A stretch of DNA of 64,000 nt, taken from assembly GCF_947166265.1 (NCBI RefSeq), contig NZ_CAMVDO010000018.1:1093-65092 (forward strand), given 5' to 3'. A program made the translations under genes and the position numbers. The notes beneath the pieces were generated by a model. The model was not told where the DNA came from, ran no database searches, and saw only the letters and a list, made by a program, of their open reading frames with translations. This DNA comes from an uncultured Fibrobacter sp. (GTDB lineage: Bacteria > Fibrobacterota > Fibrobacteria > Fibrobacterales > Fibrobacteraceae). Positions 34,048 to 44,534 of the stretch are shown piece by piece. How positions within the stretch are numbered: the stretch's first letter is position 1; every line of letters begins with the position of its first letter.

Positions 34048-37000
34048 CTATTTCAGCGTCACAGTCTTGCTTATCCCGTTCACACGGACGATGTAGTTGC
34101 CCGGCGCGCGTAAGGTAATGTTCGTCATTGCATTGGAAAGCAGCTTCTTTGCAACCAAATGGCCGAGGGCATCGAAAATGCGAACAACGCCACCCTGCGT
34201 ATTAGAAAGCGTAAGCGTCATGCCGTTCACCGCAAGGTTGAACATGGGCCGATTAGCGTTCCAAGTGACTGTCGTTTCTTCAGAAGAACTGCTTTCCGCC
34301 TCCGAAGATGAACTTTCCTCTGAAGACGATGACTCCGTCAAACTTGAAGAGCTCATCTTCCCGCCCGCAGAACTCGACGAATTGGACTCAATCCCGGAGC
34401 TACTACTAGATTCAACCGACGAGCTGGACTCATCACTCGAAGAACTCATTTCAGAACTACTCGATTCTTCTTCCATTCCAGGGCAGTGAATTTTACGCTC
34501 CTCAACGAATACATACTCTATGGCAAAACCACCCTTACGCGCACCCCCATTGATATAGAACGAGGCCGGTTGGCTTTCGTCGCAATACTCATAAACATCC
34601 GACTCAAAGGTGCGATCCATCTGGAAATGATATTCATAGAGAACGTCACTCGTTGCAGATTCCTGCATAAAGCCCATATACATGTGTTCTGAACTATTTT
34701 CGTAGACGTAACCGCTTCCAACAATCTTGTACGAATGACCTTTCTGCATATTAATAGGATACTTCGCCTGAACTCTATCCAGCGAATTCTCTCTATAATT
34801 GGACCATAACTGAAGAACAACCTGTTCATCATTGTTTTCAACCAGTTTCGAATTTCCCCTATCTTCGCTATACCTAGGATTCAAAGTCCAGCCCTGCGCA
34901 TGGCAATTCTTAATAAAGTTTCCATGGCCCTCAAGAGCATCGCCAATCCAATCGGCGCCATAATCCACAGAACTACTAGAAGATTCTACAGAAGAAGAAC
35001 TGGAATGCGGATTGAAATACGTCGAAAAATACGAAACATCACCTGACACAGAGGCAATCTTCGGAGTCCACCCCACAAATTCATAATCACTATAGGAAGG
35101 CTTATCCCCTTTGAATACAGGCATACTGCCATAAGCAAGGCTATCATTCTGCAAAACATTTCCCTGATCAAGGAATTTCACGGCGTAATACAAGCTTTCA
35201 TACCTAGCAACCAAAGTTGTCGCAGTAGTAAACATCTTGCTTGCCCCTGCATTTCCCACCAAAGTTTCGCCATCATACCATCCCAGGAACGAACGTCCAG
35301 TCCGTTGCGCATCCGGCAAAGTAAGAGTCACACTAGAGCCGCTTATCGCATAGGCCACTACAATTACCCCATCCACCTCAAACGAAACAGCCGACGGCTC
35401 TGTCCCCCTATTAATATAGAACGCATACAAGCTATCATCCGAACGAATGATAGATTTCGAAAATACAGCCTCTCCCTTGACACCCCAATAACCGAACTGC
35501 AAGTCTTCGTCAGCATCACTTGGATCAGGGTCCTTAGGCATATCGATAATGTGTCCTGCCATGTTCGTATAGCTAGAATCTATCGTATAGGTCTTTACAC
35601 GAATGACTTTCGACGAATCCCGGAATATAAGCCGATAAATTGCGAAATGGGATTCATCAGCAAAGACAGGATAATTTTTGCCACCTTGACTCCAAGAACC
35701 GCTATTTTCTACAGTGCCATCGCAAGTATTCATACGCCATGCGAACTTTTCATTCTGCATTTCCTCGGTGGTCAGAACATGGGAATCGGCTGCATCACTC
35801 AACCCAAGCCTCGAACGGTCCGCATAATCGCACCCCTTTACATGAACCCCGCTCGTCATCACCCCATTAATCACTACGGAGTCCGCTATACTATAATTAC
35901 CACTTGCCTTCGACGAAAGCGGATGAATCGCCGCAATCAAAGTATCATTTAACGCACCAAAATGAATCAATGATCCTTTGTTGATGTTATTCGTAACCGT
36001 TCCCGAATAAGCAATACCCGCAACAAAAGCTTTTGTAATTTCATCATTACCATTCAATTCAACACGTCCTTCATTTATACAGTTATTCACCTTTTTGGAA
36101 TCCGTCACAATCCCCGCAACAACAACTTCTTCGGCACTCACCGGGACCCTGGCATAGACATTTCCATAATTTACGGTTTGCGCAATACTTCCGTTTGAAC
36201 CAGACCCGACAACGCCTGCGACACGGACTTTCGTTTTCAGCGACTTCTTATTGACATAGTTCACGTCTGCATAATTCGCACTACTCACAACAGATGAATT
36301 CGAACCCGTACCGAGAATTCCACCTGCAAAGAAAAAAGCTCCCTTACTTGAATTCCAATCGCCTAACGCTGAATCCACCGCAACGTCAATACGTCCATAA
36401 TTGAAGGCTTTATAAACTGAGTCTTTGCGAGAATGGCCAACCAGCCCACCGATGTACGCCGAATTACGGGCATTGTAGTAAACATTCCCACGGTTCACCA
36501 CATTGAAAAGTTTATTCGAAGACGAACTGCCATAGCCCACTAGGCCCCCCAGTCTATAGGCATCACGGTCGCTAAACTTGTAGAAACCATTGGGATAAAT
36601 ATTTCCCTCGTTCACGGAATTGTATATTTTATAGGTACTCGCCGCCTCGGCAATTAAGCCCCCCACATAGAATCCCTGCAAATCACGCTTATTGACAACA
36701 CCATCTAGAACAACCGACCCATCCGTATAAGCGATAAAGCCCGCATTATGAACATACAAAGCAGAGTCGCTCCCGATTTTTCCTTCGTTTATGCTGGAGG
36801 TGATATTGATTGTTCCCCGAATCTGCTTGCCCACAAAACCGCCACTCAGCCGATACGCCTCGACGTGCCCCCTATTAACACTTCCCGAAATTGTTACCTT
36901 CGACGGCTGAGACACATAAACACCTTCCGTTCCTACATAACCAAGAAATCCACCGGCACACCCTCTCAGTTTTGAACCGTAACGGGTCACATCGCCCTTA

Positions 37001-38058
37001 TTTTCACTATTTTCTATAGTCAGTACGCCCTCGCTTATAGAAACAAAACCCCCTGCAACAAAGCCATTTGCAGAATCGGTATCCACGATACCCGTAGAAT
37101 CAAGCCCCGAATACACATTTCCCTCATTGACAGTATTGCGAATATGTACCGTCGACCCAGCAAGCACGACTGAAATGATACCTCCCGACGAGCCATACTT
37201 CGCCGTTGTCGAAACAGAAGCATGATTGACACTGCTATCAATGACGATATGATCCCCACCCTGAGCATTTGCACTTCCCAGATATTCGGCATTCCCTAAA
37301 ATACCCCCACAATACGCTCCAGTCACCTGTCCAAAGTTTTCCGACCCAACAATGGTACCCCCGTTATCGGCGACACTAGCAATTCCCCCGCCAAAATTCA
37401 AAGCAACCACTTTTCCATAATTTCGGCTATTTCTAATGGTTCCACCGGCATACATAGGAACATACGATCCATTCTCACGCCTACTTCCTATATAGGGTTT
37501 TTCGAACCATCCCGCAATACCACCTACATAGACATCCTTGACGGTTCCGTGAAATTCACAGTTCACAATAGAATCACCATAAAAATATCCGACAATACCG
37601 CCCGTTATACTGTTCGACTTTAACAACCCCTGAATCCAGGCGTTTTCAATAGTCAGGTTCTTGACAACGCCGCCCCTACCGATGATTGCGAAAAATCCGC
37701 TACGGTCATACTTTTTAGGAGGAACGTAAACACCAGAAATTTTATGACCATTGCCATCAAATATTCCCTTATAGCCTACCGTGTCAGAAGAATCATTATA
37801 TGCAATCGGAGTCCATTCGATAGTCTCGCTGCCGACCGAATCTTCCCAAACCACAATATCGTTCGTGAGAATAGCATTATAATCCAAATTTCCCTTGCCC
37901 ACGTTGACAGCGAACCACGCGAGGTTCTCGGGGGTCGCAATTTCGTAGAACTCCTTGCCATCAATTTCGCGAATGGCGGGTTTCTTGACGGAACCGTCCC
38001 AGTTGGCAAAAACCAGTGGGCATACAAATAAAAGGGCTGCAATTAGTTTTTTGAGCAT
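34048..38058 (-). CDS. Large secreted GLUG-repeat-like / InlB-B-repeat-like surface protein with Ser-rich linkers and C-terminal sorting domain
   Basis: Signal peptide; WDG...YEIATPENLAWFA; F.G.FDGNGHKISG; many N.G.V...GG..G units; F.GW repeats; C-terminal VRIFDALGHLV...GNYIVRVNG. Confidence 0.7.
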   Translation of the reverse strand: MLKKLIAALLFVCPLVFANWDGSVKKPAIREIDGKEFYEIATPENLAWFAVNVGKGNLDYNAILTNDIVVWEDSVGSETIEWTPIAYNDSSDTVGYKGIFDGNGHKISGVYVPPKKYDRSGFFAIIGRGGVVKNLTIENAWIQGLLKSNSITGGIVGYFYGDSIVNCEFHGTVKDVYVGGIAGWFEKPYIGSRRENGSYVPMYAGGTIRNSRNYGKVVALNFGGGIASVADNGGTIVGSENFGQVTGAYCGGILGNAEYLGSANAQGGDHIVIDSSVNHASVSTTAKYGSSGGIISVVLAGSTVHIRNTVNEGNVYSGLDSTGIVDTDSANGFVAGGFVSISEGVLTIENSENKGDVTRYGSKLRGCAGGFLGYVGTEGVYVSQPSKVTISGSVNRGHVEAYRLSGGFVGKQIRGTINITSSINEGKIGSDSALYVHNAGFIAYTDGSVVLDGVVNKRDLQGFYVGGLIAEAASTYKIYNSVNEGNIYPNGFYKFSDRDAYRLGGLVGYGSSSSNKLFNVVNRGNVYYNARNSAYIGGLVGHSRKDSVYKAFNYGRIDVAVDSALGDWNSSKGAFFFAGGILGTGSNSSVVSSANYADVNYVNKKSLKTKVRVAGVVGSGSNGSIAQTVNYGNVYARVPVSAEEVVVAGIVTDSKKVNNCINEGRVELNGNDEITKAFVAGIAYSGTVTNNINKGSLIHFGALNDTLIAAIHPLSSKASGNYSIADSVVINGVMTSGVHVKGCDYADRSRLGLSDAADSHVLTTEEMQNEKFAWRMNTCDGTVENSGSWSQGGKNYPVFADESHFAIYRLIFRDSSKVIRVKTYTIDSSYTNMAGHIIDMPKDPDPSDADEDLQFGYWGVKGEAVFSKSIIRSDDSLYAFYINRGTEPSAVSFEVDGVIVVAYAISGSSVTLTLPDAQRTGRSFLGWYDGETLVGNAGASKMFTTATTLVARYESLYYAVKFLDQGNVLQNDSLAYGSMPVFKGDKPSYSDYEFVGWTPKIASVSGDVSYFSTYFNPHSSSSSVESSSSSVDYGADWIGDALEGHGNFIKNCHAQGWTLNPRYSEDRGNSKLVENNDEQVVLQLWSNYRENSLDRVQAKYPINMQKGHSYKIVGSGYVYENSSEHMYMGFMQESATSDVLYEYHFQMDRTFESDVYEYCDESQPASFYINGGARKGGFAIEYVFVEERKIHCPGMEEESSSSEMSSSSDESSSSVESSSSSGIESNSSSSAGGKMSSSSLTESSSSEESSSSEAESSSSEETTVTWNANRPMFNLAVNGMTLTLSNTQGGVVRIFDALGHLVAKKLLSNAMTNITLRAPGNYIVRVNGISKTVTLK

Positions 38059-38197
38059 AGAGTCCTCGTTGTGCTATCGGAGTAAATATAGCTAAAAACA
38101 ACCAAAAAGTAAAGAAAAAAAAAAACAATTACGTATGCAACGTGAGCTAAAGCAAGTTTCAGATTCTTTTATTATCAACGCAAAGCATTATATATGA

Positions 38198-38253
38198 TTT
38201 TCATAAAACAGATTATACGATTTTCATAAATAAAACTATTTGTTTTTCATAAA
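38198..38253 (+). promoter_or_regulatory. Three TTTTCATAAA direct repeats at 23-bp period
   Basis: Copies start at 38198, 38221 and 38244, just upstream of TATATT (38262) and the ATPase. Confidence 0.6.
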
Positions 38254-38287
38254 AATTTAGCTATATTTAAACAAAAAAGGCATAATT

Positions 38288-39436
38288 ATGATTGAAAGGT
38301 CAATTTCCAAGACAATTATAGACATGGCAAAGAATTTTCCCGTAGTAACGCTGACGGGGCCTAGGCAAAGTGGCAAATCCACCTTGCTGAAATCATGCTT
38401 TGCGGACTATAAATACATTTCGCTAGAAGACCCCGATATTCGCCAACTCGCCGAAAACGACCCCCGCGGTTTCCTAAAGGACTGTGGATTAAAATGTATT
38501 ATAGACGAGGCGCAACGCGTTCCGGACTTATTTTCCTATCTACAGACTATCGTGGATTCTCGCGACGAATGCGGACAGTTTATTTTGTCCGGTTCGCACA
38601 ATTTCTTGTTGATGGAACGTATTTCGCAAAGCCTCGCCGGGCGCACAAGCATCCTCAAACTTTTCCCATTTTCCGCCAAAGAATTAAGGGCTGTTGACAA
38701 ACTTCCAAATGATCTTGATAAAATTTTGCTCAAAGGTTGTTACCCTAGACTCTATGACAAGAAAGTTTCGGCAAAGGAATATTTTACATCTTACCTACAA
38801 ACGTATGTAGAAAGAGATGTCCGCTTATTGCGAAACATAACCGACATGGCGGCATTCAAAAGATTTCTCAAACTATGCGCGGCAAACGTCGGATCCATTT
38901 TGAACGTAGCCTCGCTTGCCAAAGATGCGGGAATCTCCGTCATAACAGCAAACGCCTGGATTTCAATTCTTGAAGCAAGTTTTATACTTCTTCGGCTGCC
39001 TCCATACTATAAGAATTTTTCGAAAAGAGTCATCAAATCGCCTAAAATTTATTTCTGCGACACGGGACTACTTTGCAATCTGTTGAACATTTTCAACCAG
39101 GAACAATTGCAAAAAAGTGGATTGCGCGGAGCAATCTTCGAAAATTTCGTGGTTACTGAATACATGAAAAAAGCACTGTTTAAAGGCGAAGAACCGCAGC
39201 TTTATTTTTGGCGCGACACGAACCAGAATGAAGTCGACTTGCTTTGCGAAACCGATGGTGAACTGAGCGCCATCGAAATCAAATCTGGCGAAACAAAGAA
39301 CCAGAAATTCTACGACGGATTGAAAAAATTCGCCGAAGTCGCAGACATTCCGCTATCGAACACAAGAGTTGTCTATGGCGGAGACGATTCTTACCGCGGG
39401 GAAAATCAGAAATTCATCAGCTGGAAAGAAATATAA
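38288..39436 (+). CDS. AAA_14-type ATPase with DUF4143-like C-terminal nuclease-like domain
   Basis: LTGPRQSGKST, IIDEAQRVP, FILSGS, SLAGR, KSPKIYFCDTGL, EVDLL...AIEIKSG. Confidence 0.88.
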   Translation: MIERSISKTIIDMAKNFPVVTLTGPRQSGKSTLLKSCFADYKYISLEDPDIRQLAENDPRGFLKDCGLKCIIDEAQRVPDLFSYLQTIVDSRDECGQFILSGSHNFLLMERISQSLAGRTSILKLFPFSAKELRAVDKLPNDLDKILLKGCYPRLYDKKVSAKEYFTSYLQTYVERDVRLLRNITDMAAFKRFLKLCAANVGSILNVASLAKDAGISVITANAWISILEASFILLRLPPYYKNFSKRVIKSPKIYFCDTGLLCNLLNIFNQEQLQKSGLRGAIFENFVVTEYMKKALFKGEEPQLYFWRDTNQNEVDLLCETDGELSAIEIKSGETKNQKFYDGLKKFAEVADIPLSNTRVVYGGDDSYRGENQKFISWKEI

Positions 39437-39492
39437 AAGCCCCGACAACTAACGCTGCGGGGCAATAGCTTCCACTAAAATTATTTAGCAGA

Positions 39493-40632
39493 CTAGAACA
39501 CGACCAAGTCGTTCTTGTGGATGAGTTCGTCGGCGACATCCTTGCCCAAGAGTTCGTGAACCTGGGCGGTCTTCTTGCGGAGAACAAGCTTAAGCGTTTC
39601 GCTGTCGAACTTTGCAACACCGCGTGCCACAGCTTCGCCGTCCTGACTCAAGACTTCGATCAGGTCGCCCTTGTCAAAGTGCTTCTTAACGGCGCAAACA
39701 CCTACGGGGAGCAGGCTAGAATGCTTTTCGCGCAGAGCCTTCACGCCACCTTCGTCTACCACCACGGCCCCGCGCGGAGTCGTCACGAAGCTGAGCCAGC
39801 GCTGACGGCTATTGAGTTTCTTCTTGGAACCCACAAAAAGCGTACCTTCGGCATTTTCAAAGATTACCTGATGCGGCAACACCTTCATGCCACTTGCGAG
39901 GAAGGCATTGCAACCGCTCTTCGTCACGTTGCGGATGGCTTCGAGCTTGCTGCGCATACCGCCGGTACTCACGGCAGAGCCCGTTTCGCCGGGCTTACCT
40001 GCAAGCGCCAAAACGGCAGGCGTAATTTCCGGCACAAAGCGGAGGAGTCGCGCGTTCGGGTTCTTCTTCGGATTGTCATCGAAGAGGCCGTCTTCGTCCG
40101 TGAAAATCAGGAGCAAGTCAGCATCGAGGAAGAGCGCCACGTCACTCGAAAGCTTGTCGTTGTCGCCCACCTTGATTTCGGCGACGGCGAGAGAGTCGTT
40201 CTCGTTGATAATCGGAACAATCTTACGGGCAAGCATCGCCTTGATGGTGTTCTGCAAATTCTTGTAGCGGTTACGGTCGCGGAAGTCTTCGGCAGACAGA
40301 AGAATCTGACCCACAGAAAGCTGCATCCAGCGGAACATTTCGCGGTAGGCGTACATCAAGTCAATCTGACCCACGGCAGCACAGGCCTGCTTTTCGGCAA
40401 GCACAGTCGGCTTTTCCTTGTAGCCGAGCTGGCTCATGCCGGTACCCACGGCACCACTAGTCACAACCACGACTTCCTTACCCGCTTCCATCAGGCGAGC
40501 GACCGAGTCGGCAAGTTTCTGGATGTAGCGGGTGCGAACGCCGCCCTTTTCGGAGTCGACCAAAATACGTGAGCCAATCTTCACCACAATGCGGCGGGAT
40601 TCATCGAGAATATTCTTTCTTAATTCACTCAT
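39493..40632 (-). CDS. proB: Glutamate 5-kinase
   Basis: RIVVKIGS, VTSGAV, AAVGQ, PIINEND, GDNDKLS, TGGMRSK, C-terminal PUA domain. Confidence 0.97.
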   Translation of the reverse strand: MSELRKNILDESRRIVVKIGSRILVDSEKGGVRTRYIQKLADSVARLMEAGKEVVVVTSGAVGTGMSQLGYKEKPTVLAEKQACAAVGQIDLMYAYREMFRWMQLSVGQILLSAEDFRDRNRYKNLQNTIKAMLARKIVPIINENDSLAVAEIKVGDNDKLSSDVALFLDADLLLIFTDEDGLFDDNPKKNPNARLLRFVPEITPAVLALAGKPGETGSAVSTGGMRSKLEAIRNVTKSGCNAFLASGMKVLPHQVIFENAEGTLFVGSKKKLNSRQRWLSFVTTPRGAVVVDEGGVKALREKHSSLLPVGVCAVKKHFDKGDLIEVLSQDGEAVARGVAKFDSETLKLVLRKKTAQVHELLGKDVADELIHKNDLVVF

Positions 40633-40635
40633 AGA

Positions 40636-43617
40636 TTACCTACAAACAAGCAACCGAATTGCATCGAGGCGGAGTTGCGGGTTCGAAATCACCTTTTTCC
40701 ATTCCTGGGCATTCTTGCGGAGCTGTTGCAGCTGGGCGTTGTTGCCCGCCTTGCCTCGCATGCTGAGCAAATGGTTCATACGCTGGTATTCCTGTTCAGC
40801 TCGTGCTTCCACCGCTGCGGCCGCCACTTCGGCAATTTCTTTCGCCTTGGCAGACACAATGCGGCGAGCAATCGCAAGACCTTCCTTGCCGAAATACTTG
40901 AGCGTCATGTTCACGGCGGCATTGCCCTGCGGAACAGGCACATCCTTGAAGCTCGCGTTTTTCAGTTCCGCAACCTTTTCGGTCAAGTCTTCGCCTGTCG
41001 GGTTCACGAGCACGCTAATGTAGCGCGGGCCAGCGAGGTCCGATACGCCCCATTCCTCAGAAATGGAGAAATCGACCGCAAAATTGTACTGCATCACAAG
41101 GCCGCGCATTCCGGAATTCTGCCAGATGTTGCAAGCCACTGCCCCGTTATCGAGCGAAGTTTCAAAGTCAATCACGCCCTGCGAAAGCGGGTGTTCCAAG
41201 CTCACAAAGTCCACTTCGTCATGCACCATGGCCACGTTGCGGTCAAAGGTCACAGTCAAGCTAGACGTATCGCAGAAGCGGGCATCTTCGTCACCGGCAT
41301 CCGAGCTATCGGCAAAAGATCCAACGGCCTGCTCCACGCGGCCACCGCCACCGGCGCCCGCCATGCCAACGCTTTCGGGCATGCCAGGAATCGAGCCCGA
41401 TTCCACCTGCGTGCCCATGCTAATGATGTAGCAGCCCTTAATCTTACTCTTTTCGATTTCAAGGCCACGGTCCATCAGCGACGAGAACACCAGCGTTTCC
41501 AAATCCTTGTCGGCATCAATCTTCAAGATGGCATCGGTGATTTCTTTAGCCTTCGCCGGGTTGCGGGAATTGAATTCCAGCAGGCGGTCGCGGCCCTTTT
41601 CAATATTCTTGCGCATGGTATCGCAGTCTTTCTTGACCTGCGGAATCACCGTATCCATAAAGTTCTGGAGCAATGCCTGCGGTTCGGCCAAAGCGGCAAT
41701 CAGTTCGTCGGTGTACTTGAGGAAGAGTTCGCCGCCGCTCATCATCGGAGTACCAAAGGCATTCAAGCCGTTGTGGTACCAGCGGAACATGACTTCCTGA
41801 CCGGAGCCCTTTACATACGGCACGTGAATAATGATGTTTTCGGTCTGACCGATACGGTCCAAGCGGCCAATACGCTGTTCCACCAGGGCCGCATCGAGCG
41901 GCAGGTCGAACAGAATCAAATGGTGGGCAAACTGGAAGTTGCGACCTTCGGAACCGATTTCAGAGGCAATCAACAGGTTCGCGCCGTTTTCCTTGCTGAA
42001 GTTCGCGGCGGCCTTGTCGCGGGCCATAATCGTCATGTTCTCGTGGAACATCGAGAACGCGCCCTCGCCCATGTATTCGTTCAAGAGCGATTCAAGAGCC
42101 TGCACCACCTGAATCGATTCGCAAATCAGGAGCACCTTGTCGTTTGCGTGCTCCTTCAAGAAGCCCTTGAGCCACACGTAGCGTTCGTCAAGCGCCCAGG
42201 CGTCGGAATAGCTCGTACAAAGCAGGCCGTTTTCCTGGATGTCGGTGGACATGTCCAAATCGTTTTCGGCAGCCACGTTCACCATGTCGCGGTAATTCTT
42301 ATTCGGTTCCAACGGAATTTCGTCGAGCACACGCTTCGGGAATCCGCCCACGCCCTTACGGGTATTGCGGAACACCACCGATCCCGTACCCACGGCATCC
42401 ACAATGCGGCGAATCCATTCGTCGGCAGGCATGCTCTTTGCGCTTTCCTGTTCAAGCCACGGACGGATAATCGACTTCTTCGGCACGCATTCGTTCAAGT
42501 CGTCCCAGCTCATGGTCTCACCGGGGTCCGTCGGCAGTTTCGAAAGTTCGTTCACCAACTTGCGGTAAGCGTCCTGGTCCTTGATAAAGCTGTTGTAGTC
42601 CGCAAAGCGCACGGGGTCGAGCATCTTGAGGCGGTTGAACTGCGATTCCGGATGGAACTGCAACGGCGTACCCGTCAAAAGCAGCACACCCTTGGAACGC
42701 TGGATGACCGCATTCGCCAGCAGATATTCATGGCTCGTGAATCCATCTTCGCAAACCAGGTGATGCGCTTCGTCGATAATCACCATGTCCCAGGTGGTCT
42801 TGAGCAAGTCTTCGATCAGTGCGGGTTGCTTAATCAGGAAGTCGATCGAGCAGATAATATCGTTTGCCTGGCTGAACGGATTCGGACGTTCGTCGTCATC
42901 CAGAATGATGCTTCGGATAAAGCCTTCGTCCACCAACGTAAACAGGTGGTTGAAGCGGCGTTTCATTTCGACCAGCCACTGATGCTTCAACGTTTCGGGC
43001 ACAATAATCAGGGTTCGAGTCAAGCGACCGCGAGCCTTAAGCGCATGCCAAATCATACCGGCTTCGATCGTTTTACCGAGGCCCACTTCGTCAGACAGCA
43101 TCAGGCGCGGGAGCGTAGAACTATCGCAGGCGCGGCTACACAGGTAATACTGATGCGGAATCATCGAAGTACGCGGGCCAATCATGCCACGCACCGGCGA
43201 CGAAATCCACTTGCAAGAAAGTTCCATGGCCGATTCGCGGCGACCAAACTGCACGCTGTTCGACACGCGGTTTTCCATAAGCGCCTTGAACAGGTCGGCA
43301 GGGCGCGCAATCGAAATCTTTCCGCTCAGTTCGGACTCCTTCATCGAACGTCCCGCACGTCCCGAATAGACAAGCAGTCCGTCCACCTCTTTCACCGATT
43401 CCACGGTAAAGGACAAACCCTTTTCACTTTTGGCAGTATCACCCACCGAAAGCTCGAAACGGTCCACAGGGGCTCCCATGGAACGGTAACAACGGACATC
43501 ACTTACAGCGGGGAAAGAAATCTTAACAATACGGTCTTGCACCTCGGTCACAATGCCTAGTCCGAGTGCAGGTTCCGATTGACTTACATAGCGTTGGCCA
43601 ATCTTGAAATTCATCAT
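40636..43617 (-). CDS. rapA: RNA polymerase-associated SWI2/SNF2 ATPase RapA (HepA)
   Basis: F.IGQRYVSQSEPALGLG N-terminus; LSDEVGLGKTIEAG; DEAHH; LLLTGTP; SEIGSEGRNFQF; EQRIGRLDRIGQ. Confidence 0.92.
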   Translation of the reverse strand: MMNFKIGQRYVSQSEPALGLGIVTEVQDRIVKISFPAVSDVRCYRSMGAPVDRFELSVGDTAKSEKGLSFTVESVKEVDGLLVYSGRAGRSMKESELSGKISIARPADLFKALMENRVSNSVQFGRRESAMELSCKWISSPVRGMIGPRTSMIPHQYYLCSRACDSSTLPRLMLSDEVGLGKTIEAGMIWHALKARGRLTRTLIIVPETLKHQWLVEMKRRFNHLFTLVDEGFIRSIILDDDERPNPFSQANDIICSIDFLIKQPALIEDLLKTTWDMVIIDEAHHLVCEDGFTSHEYLLANAVIQRSKGVLLLTGTPLQFHPESQFNRLKMLDPVRFADYNSFIKDQDAYRKLVNELSKLPTDPGETMSWDDLNECVPKKSIIRPWLEQESAKSMPADEWIRRIVDAVGTGSVVFRNTRKGVGGFPKRVLDEIPLEPNKNYRDMVNVAAENDLDMSTDIQENGLLCTSYSDAWALDERYVWLKGFLKEHANDKVLLICESIQVVQALESLLNEYMGEGAFSMFHENMTIMARDKAAANFSKENGANLLIASEIGSEGRNFQFAHHLILFDLPLDAALVEQRIGRLDRIGQTENIIIHVPYVKGSGQEVMFRWYHNGLNAFGTPMMSGGELFLKYTDELIAALAEPQALLQNFMDTVIPQVKKDCDTMRKNIEKGRDRLLEFNSRNPAKAKEITDAILKIDADKDLETLVFSSLMDRGLEIEKSKIKGCYIISMGTQVESGSIPGMPESVGMAGAGGGGRVEQAVGSFADSSDAGDEDARFCDTSSLTVTFDRNVAMVHDEVDFVSLEHPLSQGVIDFETSLDNGAVACNIWQNSGMRGLVMQYNFAVDFSISEEWGVSDLAGPRYISVLVNPTGEDLTEKVAELKNASFKDVPVPQGNAAVNMTLKYFGKEGLAIARRIVSAKAKEIAEVAAAAVEARAEQEYQRMNHLLSMRGKAGNNAQLQQLRKNAQEWKKVISNPQLRLDAIRLLVCR

Positions 43618-43698
43618 ACCTCCCAAATTTAGTTTTTCTCTCGCCTCTCGTCTGTAGGGCGAAGCCCGTTCTCTCGTCTATTTCTACATTTACCTCGT

Positions 43699-44439
43699 AT
43701 GATTTGGTACTACATAGATGAATCCGTCACAGACGGCGAACGACGCAAGGGTCCTTATAATATCGACGAGATTAGGGATTTTGTCAAGAACGAGACTATA
43801 AAAGACGAAACCTTGGTTTGGCACTCGGGAATGGAAGCCTGGGTCCAGTGGAAGGACACCGAAGAATCCAAGGAAACACTACTTTCCGAGGAAGAACAGA
43901 TCAAGGCCGCGCTAGAAGCGATCATCGCCGAGCACAACAAGGGAAAGCGCTATGCCGGATTCCTTGTCCGGGGTATTGCCTACCTCATCGACAATATTAT
44001 TTTATCCGCAATCGGTGTTTTAATCGTGATGCTGATGAGCAGTTTACAGCTTATCGACCTGAACACCCTCTCCGAAGCCATGAACGCCTATGTCGCAACC
44101 CCGACTTCCGAAGAGGCTCTTTCTAAGGTTTTCGACGTTCCTGGCGTACACCTGTTCCTTATCATTTGGGGAATCCTCCAGGCCATCTACTTTATCACCT
44201 TCACGACAATCAAATACGCCACCCCCGGCAAAATGCTCTTGAAGATCCATGTAGAAACCGCTAATGGCGAAAAAATGAACTGGGTGACTTCGTCGCTCCG
44301 TTATATTGCAAGCATCCTCACGCAGAGCACCCTGATGTTCTACGGACTCGGGTACCTCATCGTGATGATAGACCCCAAGCGTCGCGCCCTGCACGACCAC
44401 ATTGCACGAACCCGCGTCATCTACGACAATAAGAAGTAA
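43699..44439 (+). CDS. RDD-family membrane protein with N-terminal GYF_2/DUF4339-like domain
   Basis: WYY...GPY...TLVWHSGMEAW; YAGFLVRGIAYLID; TPGKMLL; RRALHDHIARTRV. Confidence 0.88.
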   Translation: MIWYYIDESVTDGERRKGPYNIDEIRDFVKNETIKDETLVWHSGMEAWVQWKDTEESKETLLSEEEQIKAALEAIIAEHNKGKRYAGFLVRGIAYLIDNIILSAIGVLIVMLMSSLQLIDLNTLSEAMNAYVATPTSEEALSKVFDVPGVHLFLIIWGILQAIYFITFTTIKYATPGKMLLKIHVETANGEKMNWVTSSLRYIASILTQSTLMFYGLGYLIVMIDPKRRALHDHIARTRVIYDNKK

Positions 44440-44534
44440 CGGGCGGCCTTCTGCAACAAAATCTAGGCATCTATTTTCAGTCAAAAATTTAACATTCCTT
44501 AGCCTTTCGACCAAAAACTTCATATATTGGTAGT

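Noticed and set aside
38115-38125. A11 run upstream of the large surface-protein gene as a phase-variation switch
   Set aside because: It lies upstream of the predicted -35 position rather than in the spacer or CDS; no evidence of variation from a single sequence.
39517-43560. 351-aa and 961-aa plus-strand ORFs
   Set aside because: Antisense shadows of proB and rapA.
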